A DNA stretch of 40,125 nucleotides from Leptolyngbyaceae cyanobacterium M65_K2018_010 (GCA_015295885.1 DVEE01000345.1:1-40125); one strand, 5' to 3'; positions 1 through 10,301 are shown, counted from the stretch's first letter. The notes: a model not told the origin generated them from the letters alone. Program-made: numbers and translations.

Positions 1-1
1 G

Positions 2-685
2 CGCCGCAAAGCGTCTCGCGCGGTTCAGGGCATCGGCCAGGAGAAACCACGGATAGGCCCCTTCCGGGTGGACCTCGATTCCGGCTCGTGCCGTCCGAAC
101 GGCCCCTTCCTCATCCCCGCACTCGAATTGAACGTCGATCGCCATTTCGCGAAACGCCACCGCTTCGGGCATCCGCTCAAGACCTTCTCCGATCCGACCC
201 AGCGCCTCCTCGTGGCGGTCGTGGCGCATGAGAAAACGGGCTTGCATGATGCGAAGATCCGGGTCGAAGGGTGCCATCCGGGACGCGGCCTCCAACTCCG
301 CGCGTGCCTGATCGAGTTTCCCTTGTCGCTCATGGATCCAGGCCAATTCGCAGCGACCCCGTGTACTGGCCGGGTGTCTCCGCACGATCTCCCCGCAAGT
401 CGCCTCCGCCGCCCCGTGGTTCCCCAGGACCCGATGGGCATGGGCCAGGCTGAACCGGAGCCCGATGTGGTACGGAAACCGCTTGACGGCAGGCTCCAGC
501 AGAGCGAGCGCCCGCCCGGCATCGGTCCGTCCGTGCCCGTACTGCAGCAGCAGATCGGCAAAGGACTCGATCACCTCCGGGTCGTCTGAGCGTGCCTTCA
601 TCCATCGCAGCGCGGCGTCCTCCGCAAACCGGACCCCGAACCGGATCGCCGCCAGGGGAATCAGCTCCCGGGCCAGCGACAGGCG
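2..685 (-). CDS. Tetratricopeptide-repeat protein, internal fragment; probably from a different organism
   Basis: Absent from the ORF track. Manual minus-strand translation is open: RLSLARELIPLAAIRFGVRFAEDAALRWMKARSDDPEVIESFADLLLQYGHGRTDAGRALALLEPAVKRFPYHIGLRFSLAHAHRVLGNHGAAEATCGEIVRRHPASTRGRCELAWIHERQGKLDQARAELEAASRMAPFDPD..., with ~34-aa TPR periodicity. Runs off the left edge; GC visibly higher than downstream. Confidence 0.8.
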
Positions 686-1480
686 GCCAGGGCCCTGGCT
701 CGCCGATTGAAGGATCAGTTTAAGTTTGACCTGGCCATGTACACCGCCTACTCCCAGGCGGCGATACCACCTCGACGTGCCATTAAAAATCCGACGGTTC
801 TGGGCGATAGTGTACTGAGGTTGATTAAGGCGATTGTGGCTAAACGGGGAGACTTTAGCTACCGAAATCTCGCCCGCCTATTTCTAGAACAAACTAAAGC
901 CATTCGCTACGAGACCTTTAAGACTTACTTACCGAGGTACTTGCTTTACCAAGTCAGTGGCACTCCCATTGCGGCCCAAATTGATGACCATCTGAAAACT
1001 CGACTGGACAGCCTCTACACCGACTTTGACGATCAACCTCTGGATACATCCCTGCTGTTGCGTACCTGTAACCGCATCATCGACTACCTAATGACCGAGG
1101 ATCAAGAAGTTCCTTCCCCCTTGTTTAGCCTGGTGCTATCCCAGGGGAATGCCCTGACCCTAGCGATTATTCTGCTCAAGTTGGTGCTCATTTCCCGCAG
1201 TTCCCAACTCTACCTGGAGGTGAGAATTGCCGATTTGATTCGGTATTACGAACAATTTCCCCGGAACCAGTGTCAGTGGGTGATTAATTTTCTCGAGGTC
1301 TTCCAGGTTACCTTTGCTATTCATGCCGAGAATATCGAGTACAGCCTGGTGAGAATCGATGGCCTGGACGTAGCAACCCCCCCTCCCCTGATCCGGAGTT
1401 GGGAGGATTTAGAAGCCTTCCGAGTATTCTCCCAACGTATGAGGCTCTCCCCCGTGGACTTCGATACCCTATCCCGCTAG
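674..1480 (+). CDS. Conserved cyanobacterial hypothetical protein, 5'-truncated at the junction
   Basis: The frame of ORF 707..1480 extends upstream as QRQAARALARRLKDQFKFDLAMY, so TTG 707 is probably not a true start. Helical protein with a KNPTxLG motif recalled from cyanobacterial hypotheticals. Confidence 0.7.
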   Translation, partial: QRQAARALARRLKDQFKFDLAMYTAYSQAAIPPRRAIKNPTVLGDSVLRLIKAIVAKRGDFSYRNLARLFLEQTKAIRYETFKTYLPRYLLYQVSGTPIAAQIDDHLKTRLDSLYTDFDDQPLDTSLLLRTCNRIIDYLMTEDQEVPSPLFSLVLSQGNALTLAIILLKLVLISRSSQLYLEVRIADLIRYYEQFPRNQCQWVINFLEVFQVTFAIHAENIEYSLVRIDGLDVATPPPLIRSWEDLEAFRVFSQRMRLSPVDFDTLSR

Positions 1481-1523
1481 GCGGATCTTCGGATTTGGCC
1501 TAGCCCTCCTGGCTTAGCCACCG

Positions 1524-2921
1524 TCAGTGGTCGGAGTGCCGTGAGTTAGAAGGTAGGGGTTGGCTCTGAACCCAGGTGCTGAGAGCGGTTTGATACACAA
1601 CCTGCCAGGGGACTTGGTGGCTACGGGCCAGGGCAGCACAATCTTCATACTCAGGATGAACGTTCAGCACTGCCTGGGTGGTGGGGTGGTAAGCCACCTT
1701 CATGGTAACAGTACCGTAGGGGGTATGCAGGGGGTGATAGGCTCGCGGCAACACCCTACGCTGTTGGTGGTGATAGCGAATGCCCAGGGTAGGGGTTTCA
1801 GCGAAGAGAATAGCGGTGCAACGGTCCGCTGCCTCTGGCTGGCAAAGGACGGTAATCAAAAGACCAGGGCGAGACTTCTTCATGCCGATGGGTTGGGTAA
1901 ACACGTCCAGGGCTCCAGCGGCCAACAGTTGTTCATAGAGGTAGCCCACTGCCTGGGGAACCATATCATCCACCTGGGTTTCCAGCACGGTCACCCTTTC
2001 TTCGGATTGGGGTAGCACGGGGGCTAAGGCTTCCCTGGCCGCAGGGGCCAAGGGCCAAGGGGGTTCTGGTTCAGCCTCACCCAGCCAGAGCCGCACTATA
2101 TTGGGCACCGCCAGGTCTTTTTGGCCAGCTCCTAACCCCACCCGGCGGAGTTGTAGGGCCGGGGGGGGACCAAATTGCTGGGCCAGGGTCGTGACCAGGG
2201 CCGCCCCCGTCGGCGTTACCAGTTCCCCAGCCAGACCGTTACTGTAAATCGGAATTTGGCCCATGGCCATCAGCTTCAGAACGGCCGGGGCGGGCACGGG
2301 AAGCCAACCATGGGCCGCCTGCACTTGCCCGCTGCCGGTGGGCAACGGGGAGCAGACCAAGGAGTCTATGCCCAGGTAGTCTAGCCCCAAACAGGTGCCT
2401 ACGATATCGACAATCGCATCGGTGGCCCCGACCTCATGGAAGTGAACTTGGTCGGTGGCAATGCCATGCACCGCGGCCTCCGCCTCCGCTAACCGTTGAA
2501 AAACCGCCAAGCTCCAGGTGCGGGCTCGATCGGGCAAGTTCGCCTGGGTAATCAGGTGCTCAATCGCCGCCAGGTTCCTGGAGGGCACTGGTACAGGCAT
2601 GGGGCCAACCGCTTCAGGGTGAGCGGCCCCAGGGGGATGGGGATGGCGGTGGGGCGATTGATGGTCGTTGCTCCCGTGGTAGTGGGGTGCAGCCCCAGCG
2701 AGATCCATGGGGGCGGGGGAAAGCCGTTGTACCTCGACTCGTAGGGCGCGCAGCCCACACCGGTGAGTATCTCCCACCTGCAGGGAAAATTCCTGACTGA
2801 GGCCCAGAGTATCCAGATGGGATTGCAGGTAGGCCAGCGGTACCCCTGCATCTAGGAGGGCTCCCAAACACATATCCCCAGAAATTCCCGATGGACAATC
2901 GAGGTAAGCTATGGTTTTCAT
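1524..2921 (-). CDS. larC: Nickel pincer cofactor biosynthesis protein LarC (DUF111)
   Basis: N-terminal YLDCPSGISGDMCLGALLD, His-rich loop, VHFHEVGATDAIVDIVG, GELVTPTGAA, MKKSRPG, PEYEDC. Start moved to ATG 2921 (MKTIAY). Confidence 0.93.
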   Translation of the reverse strand: MKTIAYLDCPSGISGDMCLGALLDAGVPLAYLQSHLDTLGLSQEFSLQVGDTHRCGLRALRVEVQRLSPAPMDLAGAAPHYHGSNDHQSPHRHPHPPGAAHPEAVGPMPVPVPSRNLAAIEHLITQANLPDRARTWSLAVFQRLAEAEAAVHGIATDQVHFHEVGATDAIVDIVGTCLGLDYLGIDSLVCSPLPTGSGQVQAAHGWLPVPAPAVLKLMAMGQIPIYSNGLAGELVTPTGAALVTTLAQQFGPPPALQLRRVGLGAGQKDLAVPNIVRLWLGEAEPEPPWPLAPAAREALAPVLPQSEERVTVLETQVDDMVPQAVGYLYEQLLAAGALDVFTQPIGMKKSRPGLLITVLCQPEAADRCTAILFAETPTLGIRYHHQQRRVLPRAYHPLHTPYGTVTMKVAYHPTTQAVLNVHPEYEDCAALARSHQVPWQVVYQTALSTWVQSQPLPSNSRHSDH

Positions 2922-2940
2922 ACAAAGGTTTTCATACAAA
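2913..2940. repeat. Exact 14-bp tandem duplication (GGTTTTCATACAAA x2) spanning the larC start codon
   Basis: Copies at 2913-2926 and 2927-2940 read directly. Confidence 0.9.
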
Positions 2941-3087
2941 TCAGCCCCGCCCGGCCAAAAATCTTTCCAGTCAGGGAACCCAGGTCCGAGGTTTACAGCG
3001 GCAATCGCCCAACTCCTTTCCCTCTGGCTTTGAGCAATGGCTTTGCAAACGGCTGGACCGATCCAGGTTCTCTCAGGAGGCTCCCCT

Positions 3088-3747
3088 ATGGCAACCGTCT
3101 ACCGGCTGCATCCCGACAATCCTCAAGCCCGCAAACTTGAGTTAATTGCCAACGCCTTAAAGCACGGGGGCTTGGTCCTTTATCCTACAGACACAGTCTA
3201 CGCCATTGGTTGCGACCTTAACCACAAAGGGGCGGTGAATCGGGTCCGGCAGCTGAAACGGCTCGCCAATGACAAACCCCTCACCTTTCTTTGTTCTTCC
3301 CTGGCCAACATTGCCGAGTATGCCATCGTTAGCGATAGTGCTTACCGCATCATTCGCCGTCTGATTCCGGGTCCCTATACGTTTTTGTTGCCTGCCACCA
3401 AGCTAGTCCCTCGCCTGGTGATGAACCCTAAGCGCCGCACCACCGGCATTCGCGTACCCGACCATACCATTTGTCTGGCCCTGCTCGAAGCCCTGGGGAA
3501 CCCGATTATTTCAACTTCGGCCCTCAGCCTTGTGCCCGCCTTCCCGGATCGCAATAGCTCCCGTCGTTTGGAAAAAGCAGACCTGTTCGATGCCCTGGAA
3601 AAGCTTGTCGATCTGATGATTGAGGATGACCAACCGCTCACCTACGAGGTTTCAACCATTATCGATGTGACTGAGGTGGAACCGATCATCCTGCGGCAGG
3701 GGCTGGGCTGGGAGACGGCCTGCGACTGGGGTGCCCAACTGGTCTAG
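3088..3747 (+). CDS. Sua5/YciO/YrdC family protein (YciO-like, threonylcarbamoyl-AMP synthase family)
   Basis: LHPDNPQAR, YPTDTVYAIGC, PGPYTFLL, TTGIRVPDH, ISTSA. AGGAGG at 3075-3080 precedes ATG 3088. Confidence 0.9.
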   Translation: MATVYRLHPDNPQARKLELIANALKHGGLVLYPTDTVYAIGCDLNHKGAVNRVRQLKRLANDKPLTFLCSSLANIAEYAIVSDSAYRIIRRLIPGPYTFLLPATKLVPRLVMNPKRRTTGIRVPDHTICLALLEALGNPIISTSALSLVPAFPDRNSSRRLEKADLFDALEKLVDLMIEDDQPLTYEVSTIIDVTEVEPIILRQGLGWETACDWGAQLV

Positions 3748-3952
3748 TCGGCCGGCCTTGGGCGGACGGCCAGGGCAACGGGTGCGAGTTTACTTTTGCC
3801 TGAGAACTTTTTCCTGAGACAATTAAAGGACTGCCACACCCAACCAGAAATGGCCGTGTGCCCGTTGATGATTCAGGTAGACGAACCTAGCTGAGGCTCA
3901 ATCCAAGCCTCCATGGTTCTCATCTCGGTGTCATTGCTAGGATTGGGTATCA

Positions 3953-5203
3953 ATGAAGACTGCATCTACCGGCTTTACCATGACCGCATCCTCTGCGGGG
4001 GCTACGCCTCCACCCTCCAACTCTTCTGGTTTAGCCTCAGCGGCCCATGGCGGTGACCCAGCCCTAGTGGCCCTGGTCCGAAGCATGGTGGAAGCCCATC
4101 TCAATCGCCGCCCCGGCGGCCTAGAAGGGGTGGCACAGCGCATCGCTCGGGAGGTAGAGCGGATTTGCCATCGCAGCGATCGCATCCAAACCTCAGGGGA
4201 TATCGCCCACTGGCGCGCCACTCTAGTTCGCCATCGGGTAGAGAAATGCCTGACCTACTATACCTTGGGGTCCGAACGGGGTCGGGCTGAACTCCACAGC
4301 AGCCTGAGTGCGATCGCCTACCGCCACATTGCTCCAACCGGTAGCCACCTCAACTTTCAGGGCCGCTATGCGCTGCTGGAAGACTTCATGCAGACCTTTT
4401 ACATTGAAGTGCTCAATGCCTTCCGACGAGAACACCAGCTAGCGGCCACCTATACCCCTCGCACCCGCCTTGAACTGGCCGAGTACATGGCCTTTAGTGA
4501 GCAGTACGCCAAGCGGCGGATCACCCTGGCCGGCCGTCATAGTAAGCAACTGATTGTGCTGCGGGCCCAAGCCTTTAGCCGCCGTCAACCGACTGAAACT
4601 CCGATTGACCTTGGCCTGGTCAGCGATGGCGGGAAAACCGAGGAAGCCGAGGCCTATGCCCGCAGTTCTATCCTGCAGGAGGTGCGGGAGAAAATGAGGG
4701 AGGAAGCCTACGACCCTGGGGAGGCTGTGATGCGAGATCGGGTGATTCATACCCTGATTGAGTACTTTAAAGCCCAAAATCAATGGGACTGCATTGACTA
4801 CCTCACCCTCAAGCTAGAGGACTGCTCCGCCGCTGAAATTGACGATATTTTAGGTCTTTCACCCCGCCAGCGCGATTACCTACAGCAACGATTCAAATAC
4901 CACATCGAAAAATTTTCCCAACAGCATGAGTGGGAACTGGTGCACCAGTGGTTAGGGGCTAATCTAGAGGCCCGCCTCGGCATGACCCCGGAGGAATGGT
5001 CCGTTTTTTTCGACGGTCTTCCCTCCGAGCAACAACAATTTTTAGCCCTCAAGCAAGCCCAGGTCAAAAACACTGAGTTGGATGATCGGGCGATCGCTCA
5101 AACCCTGGGCTGGACGCCCAAAAAAGTCAACCGGGCCTGGACCCATTTGCTCAAGCAGGCCTGGGACTTTCGCAACCAACATCGACGGGATTCCCTAGGA
5201 TGA
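3953..5203 (+). CDS. HetZ-related protein (putative HTH transcription factor)
   Basis: RIAREVERICHRSDRIQ, YYTLGSERGRAELHSSLSAIAYRHI, LELAEYMAFSEQYAKRRI, EIDDILGLSPRQRDYLQQRFKYH match recalled HetZ-family motifs; C-terminal HTH-like DRAIAQTLGWTPKKV. Confidence 0.8.
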   Translation: MKTASTGFTMTASSAGATPPPSNSSGLASAAHGGDPALVALVRSMVEAHLNRRPGGLEGVAQRIAREVERICHRSDRIQTSGDIAHWRATLVRHRVEKCLTYYTLGSERGRAELHSSLSAIAYRHIAPTGSHLNFQGRYALLEDFMQTFYIEVLNAFRREHQLAATYTPRTRLELAEYMAFSEQYAKRRITLAGRHSKQLIVLRAQAFSRRQPTETPIDLGLVSDGGKTEEAEAYARSSILQEVREKMREEAYDPGEAVMRDRVIHTLIEYFKAQNQWDCIDYLTLKLEDCSAAEIDDILGLSPRQRDYLQQRFKYHIEKFSQQHEWELVHQWLGANLEARLGMTPEEWSVFFDGLPSEQQQFLALKQAQVKNTELDDRAIAQTLGWTPKKVNRAWTHLLKQAWDFRNQHRRDSLG

Positions 5204-5243
5204 ACAGCACAGGAAGCGCTGCCCCGGCTAGGGCGTGGGTTGG

Positions 5244-5981
5244 TTAACCGCCGGAACCAGGGGCCACCGTTCCTTCACCATCGCCCTGGGGGGGCTCAAA
5301 CTTATAACCCACTCCCCGTACCGTTTGAATTAGGGTGGGCTCGTTAATATCCTTTTCAATTTTTTTGCGAATCTGGCCCACATGGACATCGACAACTCGT
5401 TGGTCGCCGACGTAGTCGTAGTCCCACACCTTCTGAATCAGCTCAGCCCGCCGCCATACCCGGCCTGGATGGCTGGCTAAAAAGTGCAGCAGGTCAAATT
5501 CTAGGGCGGTCAGCGGCACCAGTTCATTGTGTAGCATCACTTCTCGCCGCACCGGATCAATCACCAGGCTATTGAAGGTCAAACACTGCTGTTCCGCAGC
5601 GGTGACGGGTCGTTGCCGCTTGAGGATGGCCCCGACCCGAACCTCCAACTCAAGCAGGCTAAAGGGTTTGGTGAGATAGTCATCGGCCCCTTCATGGAAG
5701 CCGCGAATTTTATCGGATTCGTCGGTGCGACTGGTCAGCATGAGCACAAACACCCCGGTACGAGATTGCATTTCCTTACAGAGCTCGTAACCGTTGGTAT
5801 CGGGCAAATTGACGTCTAAGATCACTAGGTCGGGGGTAAATTGCTCGAAAACAGCCAGGGCCTTTTTGCCATCTTCCGCTGCTTCCATTTCGTAGTCCTG
5901 CTTGGCTAGGAACCGATAGATCAGGTTACGAATTGCAGGATCATCATCTACAACGAGGATCTTGGCTTCCGCCATAGTCAT
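5244..5981 (-). CDS. OmpR/PhoB-family response regulator (no adjacent kinase)
   Basis: KILVVDDD, ILDVNLP, GADDYLTKPF receiver; winged-helix VVDVHVGQIRKKIE, IQTVRGVGYKF. Confidence 0.95.
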   Translation of the reverse strand: MTMAEAKILVVDDDPAIRNLIYRFLAKQDYEMEAAEDGKKALAVFEQFTPDLVILDVNLPDTNGYELCKEMQSRTGVFVLMLTSRTDESDKIRGFHEGADDYLTKPFSLLELEVRVGAILKRQRPVTAAEQQCLTFNSLVIDPVRREVMLHNELVPLTALEFDLLHFLASHPGRVWRRAELIQKVWDYDYVGDQRVVDVHVGQIRKKIEKDINEPTLIQTVRGVGYKFEPPQGDGEGTVAPGSGG

Positions 5982-6291
5982 ACCCTTTGTCTAGGTTAGT
6001 AGGAACCGGTGGGCGTCAGAGGCCCGTTCGTTGAACACCGGGGAAGTAACCGCCAGGGCGGCATCGACATCCTTAAGCTTTCTTCAAGCAATTTCTACAA
6101 TTTCAGCCATAAATTTAGACATAATTTCCTAGCTTACTGGAGATTTTGGTGAAGATCCAAAGCTGTCGCTATGCCCCTCCGATCTAATTTGCTCTAATTG
6201 TGCCCAAACTCAGTTCCAACCCCATCCTGGCTGAGGGTTAAACGCTCCGGACTGGCGCCAGGGCAGACCGATTCTTGAGTTTGATCTACTC

Positions 6292-6957
6292 CTAGGGTTG
6301 ATTAGGGGCATCGGGACGATTGGGATCGGCAAATTCCTGGGGGAAATCGGTAGGGAGGTCCCCCTGCGGTGCGGTCAACCTAGAGGACCCGGGCTGGTTC
6401 AGGGGTGAGCTAGAGTCATTGGGCAGCCAGGGTTGGGTGGGTTCAAAGTCAGACCCCCTCGGGTTGCCGGCAGGGAACCCGGGCTCAGACTCGGGCAAAT
6501 CACCGGTTGGGTTGGTCAGGTTCAGATCTCGAGGTAAGGTTGCCAGGGCCACCCGATCCCCTCCAACCGAGCGCAGCACGTCTAAAACCGTAACCACATC
6601 TTCGTAGCGGGCATCGCGGGAGGCATAGAGCACAATTAACCCGGCTGGATTGACCTGGTTAAATTGCAGCAGCACATCGTAGAGCAAGGTCAAGTCCACG
6701 GGTTGCTGATCGAGATAAACCTGCCCCAGGTTATCGACACTGACGTAGAGGCGATCGCCGATCCCTCCCTGACCCACCTGGCCGGGCAGGGGTTGACCGG
6801 TTTGGGCCGAGGGCAAATCTAAACTAATCGCCTGTTGGCGGGTTAACCCCACGGCCGCCAAAATGAAGAAGGTCAGCACGCAAAAGATCACATCAATCAG
6901 GGGAATCAGTTCCAGCCTGATGTCTTCCTTAGAGGCATTGAGCAGATCGACTTTCAT
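6292..6957 (-). CDS. exbD: ExbD/TolR family biopolymer transport protein with Pro-rich C-terminal tail
   Basis: [16 protein letters not shown] transmembrane segment with conserved Asp; LDLPSA; start overlaps the exbB stop (ATGA). Confidence 0.88.
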   Translation of the reverse strand: MKVDLLNASKEDIRLELIPLIDVIFCVLTFFILAAVGLTRQQAISLDLPSAQTGQPLPGQVGQGGIGDRLYVSVDNLGQVYLDQQPVDLTLLYDVLLQFNQVNPAGLIVLYASRDARYEDVVTVLDVLRSVGGDRVALATLPRDLNLTNPTGDLPESEPGFPAGNPRGSDFEPTQPWLPNDSSSPLNQPGSSRLTAPQGDLPTDFPQEFADPNRPDAPNQP

Positions 6958-7643
6958 GGGGGGGTGACCTCCGCCAGGGTTGCATCGGGCTCAGCCGGGG
7001 GGGAGGCTGTCAGGGATTGCTGGGCCCAACTTTGCCGGTAAAGCAATTCCAGCTCGCTACCGGCCTGTCTAAACATTTTCGCCTGCCCGAACACGAACCC
7101 CTGAAACAGGCGGTAGAAGGCCAAACTGACAATGGCAATGATTAAACCCGTGGCCGTGCTAATCAGGGCTTCACTGATCCCGAGGGAGGTGCCGGCGGTG
7201 GCATCACCGCTACCCAGGTCCGTAATTTGGATGGAGGAAAGGGAGTTAATTAAGCCCAAAACCGTACCCAAAAGCCCCAGCAGAGGAGCCAAGGCGATCA
7301 CGGCTTCCAGGATTTTTTCACCCTTGGCCATAATGGTTAACTCTTCATTGGCCGCAGTTTCTAAGGCGAGGCGAAAAACTTCTGGATCCGGGGATTGCAA
7401 CTTCAAGGGAGCAGAGAGAAACCTCCCCATGGGCAAGGGGCTGGAGCGCTGGGCAATCTCAGCAGCGGCAGGCCAATCCCGGCGGGCCGCTTCCAGCACT
7501 CGACCGGAAACCTCACGCTCCCGGGTGAGAATGCGGGACCAGAACCAAATGCGTTCTAAAATTGTGCCCAGGGCTAAAATGGACAGCAAGAGCAGCGGCC
7601 ACATGGCAGGGCCGCCACGGGCAAATAGCTCCGGTATATTCAA
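6954..7643 (-). CDS. exbB: MotA/TolQ/ExbB proton channel family protein
   Basis: [43 protein letters not shown]. Likely TTG start at 7643 after AAGGAGG. Confidence 0.9.
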   Translation of the reverse strand: MNIPELFARGGPAMWPLLLLSILALGTILERIWFWSRILTREREVSGRVLEAARRDWPAAAEIAQRSSPLPMGRFLSAPLKLQSPDPEVFRLALETAANEELTIMAKGEKILEAVIALAPLLGLLGTVLGLINSLSSIQITDLGSGDATAGTSLGISEALISTATGLIIAIVSLAFYRLFQGFVFGQAKMFRQAGSELELLYRQSWAQQSLTASPPAEPDATLAEVTPP

Positions 7644-7725
7644 ACCACCCTCCTTATCACCACGGCAACTGGCTGCGGCAGAACCTGCAAGAAAGCATAA
7701 CAATTGTAGTGACTTTGGGGACGTT

Positions 7726-8910
7726 TCAACAGCTTTCCCCCTTTAGGATCAGGTTAGCCGCCCGACGGCAGGCCCCCGGCTCCCCGAGGGCCTGGCGCAA
7801 GGCCGCATACCCCTGCAGCATGGCCTGGCGATCGGGCTGATGGGTTAGCAGGTTGAGGGTGGCTTCGGCTAGGGCTATGGGTGTCGCCTGCCATTGTAAA
7901 AACTCTGGCACTACCGGTTGATTCACCGCCAGGTTAACCGGTGAAACGAAGGGCACCTTAAACTTCAGGACGTAGCGGGCCAAGCGAGCACTGATCGGGT
8001 TAATCCGGTAAGCCACTACCTGGGGCACGTTCATCAGAGCAATTTCCAGGTTGGCCGTGCCCGATTTGGTGAGCGCCACATCGGCGGCGGCGATGGCATC
8101 GGTGGGATGATCTCGCACAATACGCCCCTGCACCGGGTATTTGGCCAACCCCTGCTCAAAACTAGCCTGCAAAGCCGGCGCAGAAACCGGCAACAAAAAC
8201 AGCACGTCGGGCCTTTGGCGCTGGATCAACTGTGCCGCCTGAAGAAAAATAGGCAAAAGGTACTTCACTTCTTGCTGGCGGGAGGCCGCTAGCAGGGTAA
8301 TCATGGTTTGGTCTGGGGGCAGACCCAGGCGTTGACGGGCCGCTTCCCGATCGGGAGCGGTGGGATAGCGATCTACCAGTGGATGCCCGACCCAGCTAAC
8401 CGCCGCCCCAAAGCGTCGAAAATAGTCGGCCTCAGCCTGAAAAATGGCAATCATGCGATCGCTATACTCCACAATTCGCCGGGTATCCGCTGTGGAAAAG
8501 GCCCAAACCCACTGCTGGGGAGCGATATAGTAAACCACTGGCAGTTGGGGAAAGTGGGTCTTTAGGTATCGCCCCATGGCCAGGTTAGGGTTCATGTAGT
8601 CAATTAAAATGGCCAGGTCTGGAGGCTGGGCCTGCAGCACCCGCTGGGTCTGACGCTGCAATTGCCAACTGGGCCATAGGTAGGGCAGGGCCTCAAAGAT
8701 TCCCACAGAGCCAATATCGCTAGTATCACCCAGCAAGGTTGCTCCCGCCTGGGCCATCCGCGGCCCCCCTAGGGCCACAATTTCCAACTTCAGCTGTTCT
8801 TCCGCCGCCACCTGGTACAAGGCCTCAATCAGCAGAGAACCTTGCAGGTCTCCCGAGACCTCGCCGGTGCTGATAAAAATCCGCCTTGATCGGCCCTCAG
8901 ACTGCCCCAT
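7726..8910 (-). CDS. lpxB: Lipid-A-disaccharide synthase
   Basis: [53 protein letters not shown]; follows lpxA. Confidence 0.96.
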   Translation of the reverse strand: MGQSEGRSRRIFISTGEVSGDLQGSLLIEALYQVAAEEQLKLEIVALGGPRMAQAGATLLGDTSDIGSVGIFEALPYLWPSWQLQRQTQRVLQAQPPDLAILIDYMNPNLAMGRYLKTHFPQLPVVYYIAPQQWVWAFSTADTRRIVEYSDRMIAIFQAEADYFRRFGAAVSWVGHPLVDRYPTAPDREAARQRLGLPPDQTMITLLAASRQQEVKYLLPIFLQAAQLIQRQRPDVLFLLPVSAPALQASFEQGLAKYPVQGRIVRDHPTDAIAAADVALTKSGTANLEIALMNVPQVVAYRINPISARLARYVLKFKVPFVSPVNLAVNQPVVPEFLQWQATPIALAEATLNLLTHQPDRQAMLQGYAALRQALGEPGACRRAANLILKGESC

Positions 8911-8934
8911 GGGCTTCTCTACCTCAGCACAGCC

Positions 8935-9774
8935 TTACTGGTCACGGCCCGCGGCCCCGCCTCGCCGCCGTCCTGGGGTGGGTCCCCGGCGATTGGGCTG
9001 TTGGGATGAAGCGCGCAGAAATTGACCGAAGTGCGTGACCAAATCGTTGGGTTCCCATTGCAGCAGCTTTTCTAGGGCCGCTGAAAAAGACTCTTCCGAT
9101 CGATAGACTAAGCGGTAGGCTTGCTTGAGCTGGCGATAGTCTTCACCCTCTCGCTGATCCGCCAGTCCAGCCCGCTGCAACCCCACCTGGTTCAGCCCCC
9201 GCACCAAGGCAGGATTGCCGTTGACCATGGTAAAGGGAGGAACATCGCGATCAATCCGGCTCAGTCCGCCGATATAGGCGTAACGACCGATTTGCACAAA
9301 CTGATGCACCCCCACTAGGCCACTAATGCGGGCCCAGGACTCGACGTAAACGTGGCCTGCCAGGGCTACGGAGTTAGCAATGACCACCTGATCTTCAATC
9401 ACACAGTTATGGGCCACATGGCAGTAGGCCATTAGTAGGTTGTGGTGGCCTAAACGGGTGACAGAGCCTGCATCGGTGGCCCGGTTGATGGTGACACATT
9501 CCCGAATCAGGTTATGGTCACCAATTTCCACTCGGCTGATGGCCCCATCGTACTTCAGGTCCTGGGGTTCTAACCCGATCGCCGCCCCAGGGAAAATACG
9601 GTTGTGGGCACCAATGGTGGTTTGCCCATCAATCACCACATGGGCGCCAATGTCTGTGCCTGGGCCAATGGTGACCTGCTCACCAATGACCGCGTAGGGC
9701 CCGACCTTGACTGTAGGGTGGAGTTTGGCTCCCTCATGGATAACTGCCGTGGGGTGAATCAGGGTAGTAGTCAA
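8935..9774 (-). CDS. lpxA: Acyl-ACP--UDP-N-acetylglucosamine O-acyltransferase
   Basis: IHPTAVI hexapeptide repeats, PQDLKY, IRECVTINRAT, MAYCHVAHNC, LAGHV, DVPPF. TTG 9774 after GGAGG preferred over ATG 9819. Confidence 0.96.
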   Translation of the reverse strand: MTTTLIHPTAVIHEGAKLHPTVKVGPYAVIGEQVTIGPGTDIGAHVVIDGQTTIGAHNRIFPGAAIGLEPQDLKYDGAISRVEIGDHNLIRECVTINRATDAGSVTRLGHHNLLMAYCHVAHNCVIEDQVVIANSVALAGHVYVESWARISGLVGVHQFVQIGRYAYIGGLSRIDRDVPPFTMVNGNPALVRGLNQVGLQRAGLADQREGEDYRQLKQAYRLVYRSEESFSAALEKLLQWEPNDLVTHFGQFLRASSQQPNRRGPTPGRRRGGAAGRDQ

Positions 9775-9827
9775 GGACTTGCCTCCGGAAGCCAGAGATT
9801 TAGATAAATGCACAACCATTCGCTTGT

Positions 9828-10301
9828 CTAGGTAGAGGTTGAACCCGGGTCAACCACAGAGAACATGAGGTCTCCTTCACAGACCAATTGGCCGTCAACT
9901 TCGGCCCGTCCGTGCATTTTGCCAAACCGCAGTTGCTTGATAGTGAGCAGCTCAACGGTCATCACCAGTTGATCGCCGGGTACTACAGGTCGGCGAAACC
10001 TAACCTTGTCAATCCCGGCAAATACGCACAACCCATGCACTCCAGGAATTTGAGTGAGCACTACCCCACCGACCTGGGCCATGGCCTCCACAATCAACAC
10101 CCCGGGCATGATCGGTCGACCGGGAAAGTGGCCTTGAAAGTGGGGTTCGTTGAAGGATACATTTTTAACCCCCGTGGCTCGCTCCCTGGGAACATAGTCG
10201 ATGATTCGATCCACCAGGGCAAAGGGATAGCGATGGGGCAACAGGGCATACACCTCTTCCGCCGAAAAAGTGGTTTTGGCCTCGCTTGGGGGCAGGGTCA
10301 T
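9828..10301 (-). CDS. fabZ: 3-hydroxyacyl-ACP dehydratase
   Basis: [54 protein letters not shown] 10301 follows GGAGG. Confidence 0.96.
   Translation of the reverse strand: MTLPPSEAKTTFSAEEVYALLPHRYPFALVDRIIDYVPRERATGVKNVSFNEPHFQGHFPGRPIMPGVLIVEAMAQVGGVVLTQIPGVHGLCVFAGIDKVRFRRPVVPGDQLVMTVELLTIKQLRFGKMHGRAEVDGQLVCEGDLMFSVVDPGSTST

Noticed and set aside
25-710. Track ORFs 25..561, 68..589, 271..453, 330..605 and 465..710
   Set aside because: Shadow or off-frame ORFs of the minus-strand TPR fragment; 68..589 is its in-register antisense.
6085-6130. Repeated AATTT tracts upstream of the OmpR regulator as an autoregulatory box
   Set aside because: Spacing is irregular (9, 13, 11 bp) in AT-rich promoter DNA, so it is not distinguishable from background.
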